From: Bacteroidaceae bacterium
Lineage (GTDB): Bacteria > Pseudomonadota > Alphaproteobacteria > RF32 > CAG-239
Direction: 5' to 3'
DNA length: 54,961 nucleotides
NCBI GenBank assembly: GCA_963659495.1
Contig: CAVKTH010000001.1
Coordinates: forward strand, 52,573 to 107,533
Shown here: positions 52,534 to 54,961 of the stretch, in pieces
How positions within the stretch are numbered: position 1 is the first letter of the stretch
Layout: each line of letters starts with the position of its first letter
Notes under the pieces: generated by a model
Seen by the model: the letters and a program-made list of their open reading frames with translations, nothing else
The model's database searches: none
What the model was told of the DNA's origin: nothing
Program-made: the position numbers and the translations under genes

Positions 52534-53130
52534 ATGATATACGGATATGTAAGAGTTTCAACCGACAAACAAACTTTGGAAAATCAAAGATTTGAAATTA
52601 ATAATTTTTGCCTAAGTGAAAACATTAAAGTTGAAAAATGGATAACTGAGACTATTAGCGGAACCAAAGATTTTGAAAAACGAAAACTCGGAAAATTGCT
52701 AAAAAAACTCAAAAAAGGAGATATTTTGATATGCTCGGAAATTTCGCGTCTAGGCCGAAATTTGCTGCAAATTATGACAATTCTTAATCTTTGTATGAAA
52801 AAAGAAGTTCAAGTTTGGACTATTAAAGACAATTATCGCTTAGGTGTGGATATCCAAAGTAAGGTCTTGGCTTTTGCTTTTTCGCTATCAGCAGAAATTG
52901 AACGAAATTTAATTAGTCAACGTACCAAAGAAGCCCTAGCCCGCCTTAAAGCTAACGGTAAAAAATTAGGACGCGTAAGCGGCAGTAAAAACAAAAAACA
53001 TATTTTAGATGGCAAAGAACAAAGCGTCTTAAAACTTATCCACAAAGGCGTGCCTAAAACACAGGTGGCAAAAATCCACGGTGTCAGCATTTACACCATC
53101 TATCAATTTTTGAAAAATAAAGACCTTTGA
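52534..53130 (+). CDS. small serine recombinase (resolvase/invertase)
   Basis: MIYGYVRVSTDKQ (catalytic Ser), SEISRLGRN, and a C-terminal HTH KTQVAKIHGVSIYTIYQFL. Confidence 0.9.
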   Translation: MIYGYVRVSTDKQTLENQRFEINNFCLSENIKVEKWITETISGTKDFEKRKLGKLLKKLKKGDILICSEISRLGRNLLQIMTILNLCMKKEVQVWTIKDNYRLGVDIQSKVLAFAFSLSAEIERNLISQRTKEALARLKANGKKLGRVSGSKNKKHILDGKEQSVLKLIHKGVPKTQVAKIHGVSIYTIYQFLKNKDL

Positions 53131-53178
53131 AACATTGGAAAATTCTGCATCACAGCAAATTTATACCACATTAGAATT

Positions 53179-53190
53179 TAAGGTTCGTTT
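53179..53190. repeat. left arm of a 12-bp perfect inverted repeat (TAAGGTTCGTTT)
   Basis: It is the reverse complement of 53311-53322. Confidence 0.6.
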
Positions 53191-53194
53191 ATAT

Positions 53195-53224
53195 CTTATA
53201 CTATTAAACCGCGATTTGAGTCAA
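53195..53224 (-). promoter_or_regulatory. minus-strand sigma70-like promoter TTGACT-N18-TATAAG inside the IR-bounded segment
   Basis: -35 corresponds to plus-strand 53219-53224 (agtcaa) and -10 to plus-strand 53195-53200 (cttata). Confidence 0.35.
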
Positions 53225-53310
53225 TGACAATTCTAGTTTTAGTGCAAAAAATTACTTAAATATCAACATATTCTGTATTTTTTTGCCACCTTTTAACATT
53301 TATGGACATC

Positions 53311-53322
53311 AAACGAACCTTA
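53311..53322. repeat. right arm of the 12-bp inverted repeat (AAACGAACCTTA)
   Basis: See the left arm. The arms are separated by 120 bp. Confidence 0.6.
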
Positions 53323-53350
53323 CACGCTAATAACTTTTGAGCCGATAAAG

Positions 53351-53953
53351 ATGATAGTTGGTTACATAAATAGCAATAAAAAGAACGTTGATGTTGTAAC
53401 ACAACGTCAGGTTATTAGTGACTATGCTCAGGCTAATGGTTTGATTATAGATGCTTTTTACACTTATGATAATGTATCGCAGCTGGTGGATAGTTTTCAG
53501 ACCGGCGGACACACTGTGCTATTTGCCAACATTGTCAGCGTGGGCGGAACTTTGGCTCAAGTTAATGATAATTTGCGTTTTTTATTAGCTAAAGACCTAA
53601 AAATCATCAGCATTAAAGAAAATATGTGTTTAGAATCGGGCAAAGAAGCAGATTTTTTATTACAAGGCTTGGAACAAGCTTTAGAGATTATGAAAAGTAT
53701 GATTTCGGTTGTCGCAAAACGAGCTTTGGCGAATAAGAAAGAACAAGGTTATAAACTTGGTAGAAAAGTCGGCAGCATCAATAAAAAGTTTATTTGGAGC
53801 GGCAAAGAAGAGGAGATTAAGAGCAAATTGCTTGCTGGCGTCACCCGCCGCCAAGTCGCCAAAGACACAGGAATGTCCATCTTTTCGCTTTATAACTACA
53901 TCAACCAAACACCAGAACTTAAAGAAGCTTTGTGGGGTAAAAACGATGACTAA
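53351..53953 (+). CDS. resolvase-like paralogue lacking the catalytic residues (HTH retained)
   Basis: MIVGYINSNKKNVDVVTQ aligns with MIYGYVRVSTDKQTLENQ and has Asn in place of the nucleophilic Ser. IVSVGGT replaces ISRLGRN. C-terminal HTH RRQVAKDTGMSIFSLYNYI. Confidence 0.7.
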   Translation: MIVGYINSNKKNVDVVTQRQVISDYAQANGLIIDAFYTYDNVSQLVDSFQTGGHTVLFANIVSVGGTLAQVNDNLRFLLAKDLKIISIKENMCLESGKEADFLLQGLEQALEIMKSMISVVAKRALANKKEQGYKLGRKVGSINKKFIWSGKEEEIKSKLLAGVTRRQVAKDTGMSIFSLYNYINQTPELKEALWGKNDD

Positions 53954-54961
53954 GATTGCCGTACATTTGCATCTGTATTACCTCGAACAGCTTGATGATA
54001 TTTTGCAACGATTAAGTTACTTAAACGGCTATGATTATGATTTGTTTGTCACAATGTCAGAATTAAATCCGCAGGCTCAAGAAAAGATTTTGAAATTTAA
54101 TCCCCAAGCAACACTTTGGCAAATTCCGAATTTAGGTTATGATGTTGGTCCGTTTATTGATTTTTTGCATAAAATAAAACTTGATGATTATGACTATATC
54201 TTGAAAATCCACACTAAACGCATCAGTGGCGATTATTGTCTGTTTAAACACAAACGCTTCAGCGTAAAGACATGGCGGAATATGCTGCTTGACGGCGTGT
54301 TATACTCTCAGGAGGCTGTGCAGAAGAATTTGCGTATAATGGCGGAGAATCCTTCCATAGGAATGATTGGCAATGATTATGTTTTAACCGATGAAAAAGA
54401 GTGTTTGCTGCCATTGCAGACGCTGACGGCAGAAATGCAGAAAATCGGTTTAACTATGCCTGAAGATTTACATTTTATCGCAGGCACTATGTTTTTAGTG
54501 CGGGCTAAATTGCTGCAGCCGTTTTTGAAATATCAAATTACTGATTTTACTATTTCCGATAAAGACATTCACGACAATACATTGGCACACGTTTTAGAAC
54601 GTCTGTTCGGCTTAGCTGTAACGGCGCAAGGCTGTAAAATCCATGGTGTAAAATATCGCCATTATTGGCAAGAAACTACTATTGCAGCAGTTAAACGTTT
54701 TCTGTTTCAAAAGAAAATAACTCATAAAGGCAAGCTTATTATAAAAATATTTAGAATACCGGTAGTTGTAATAAAATTATATCCATATAGCAACTTTCAA
54801 GAAGTTTTGGCATATAAAATAAAGCGTTTGATAGTTGTTATAGCTAGATTACTTTGTCTTATAGATAAAAAATCTGCCCGCCGTAAAATTATCAAATTAA
54901 AGGGAAAATATTTATCGCGCCGCTCATATAAAAAAGGATTGCTTCTGACTAATAACGGCAT
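53946..54961 (+). CDS. rhamnan synthesis protein F (RgpF)-like polysaccharide biosynthesis protein, 3'-truncated by the window edge
   Basis: Hand translation has no stop to the window edge: MTKIAVHLHLYYLEQLDDIL...NLGYDVGPFIDFL...LKIHTKR...HFIAGTMFLVRAKL. ATGACTAA overlap with the preceding gene. Confidence 0.65.
   Translation, partial: MTKIAVHLHLYYLEQLDDILQRLSYLNGYDYDLFVTMSELNPQAQEKILKFNPQATLWQIPNLGYDVGPFIDFLHKIKLDDYDYILKIHTKRISGDYCLFKHKRFSVKTWRNMLLDGVLYSQEAVQKNLRIMAENPSIGMIGNDYVLTDEKECLLPLQTLTAEMQKIGLTMPEDLHFIAGTMFLVRAKLLQPFLKYQITDFTISDKDIHDNTLAHVLERLFGLAVTAQGCKIHGVKYRHYWQETTIAAVKRFLFQKKITHKGKLIIKIFRIPVVVIKLYPYSNFQEVLAYKIKRLIVVIARLLCLIDKKSARRKIIKLKGKYLSRRSYKKGLLLTNNG

Overview
The window is almost entirely temperate-phage DNA (a prophage or phage contig) on a backbone of roughly 45-50% G+C, estimated by eye. 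From left to right: (i) a lysogeny, recombination and replication module at 1-10.6 kb, holding a GapR-like gene, SF2 helicase, CI-like repressor, Cas4/RecB-like exonuclease, RecT-like annealase, SMC-like ATPase, C5-methylase, DUF736-like protein with an SSB-type tail, and an ASCH protein. (ii) a truncated tRNA-Met 3' fragment with its own terminator at 10.81-10.90 kb. (iii) an AT-rich DUF2924, large serine recombinase and sigma-factor island at 10.9-14.2 kb. (iv) an early region at 14.2-24.7 kb with a short MetK-like SAM synthetase, a ParB-fused N6/N4 methylase, a second C5-methylase and an array of small genes that share a repeated promoter and terminator module. (v) a lambda-like packaging and head module (TerS, GpA-type TerL, gpW, portal, S49 protease, decoration protein, E-type capsid), then the tail module (tube, G/GT chaperone with an A_AAA_AAC -1 frameshift, tape measure, paralogous fibre genes, DUF1833, NlpC/P60, gpI-gpJ-like) and lysis genes up to about 52.45 kb. 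(vi) a serine resolvase, a catalytically degenerate resolvase paralogue and a partial RgpF-like polysaccharide gene at the right edge. The backbone is interrupted by at least eight sharply AT-rich accessory islands. Several carry recognisable defence or toxin genes: auto-inhibited Fic, ParDE, Abi_2, AbiEi/AbiEii. Three carry uncharacterised candidates. The best candidate for an undescribed system is a translationally coupled three-gene operon at 16619-18895: a GHKL-type ATPase, a STAS-like partner and a 2-TM protein. All domain calls rest on motif recognition by eye, since no searches could be run.
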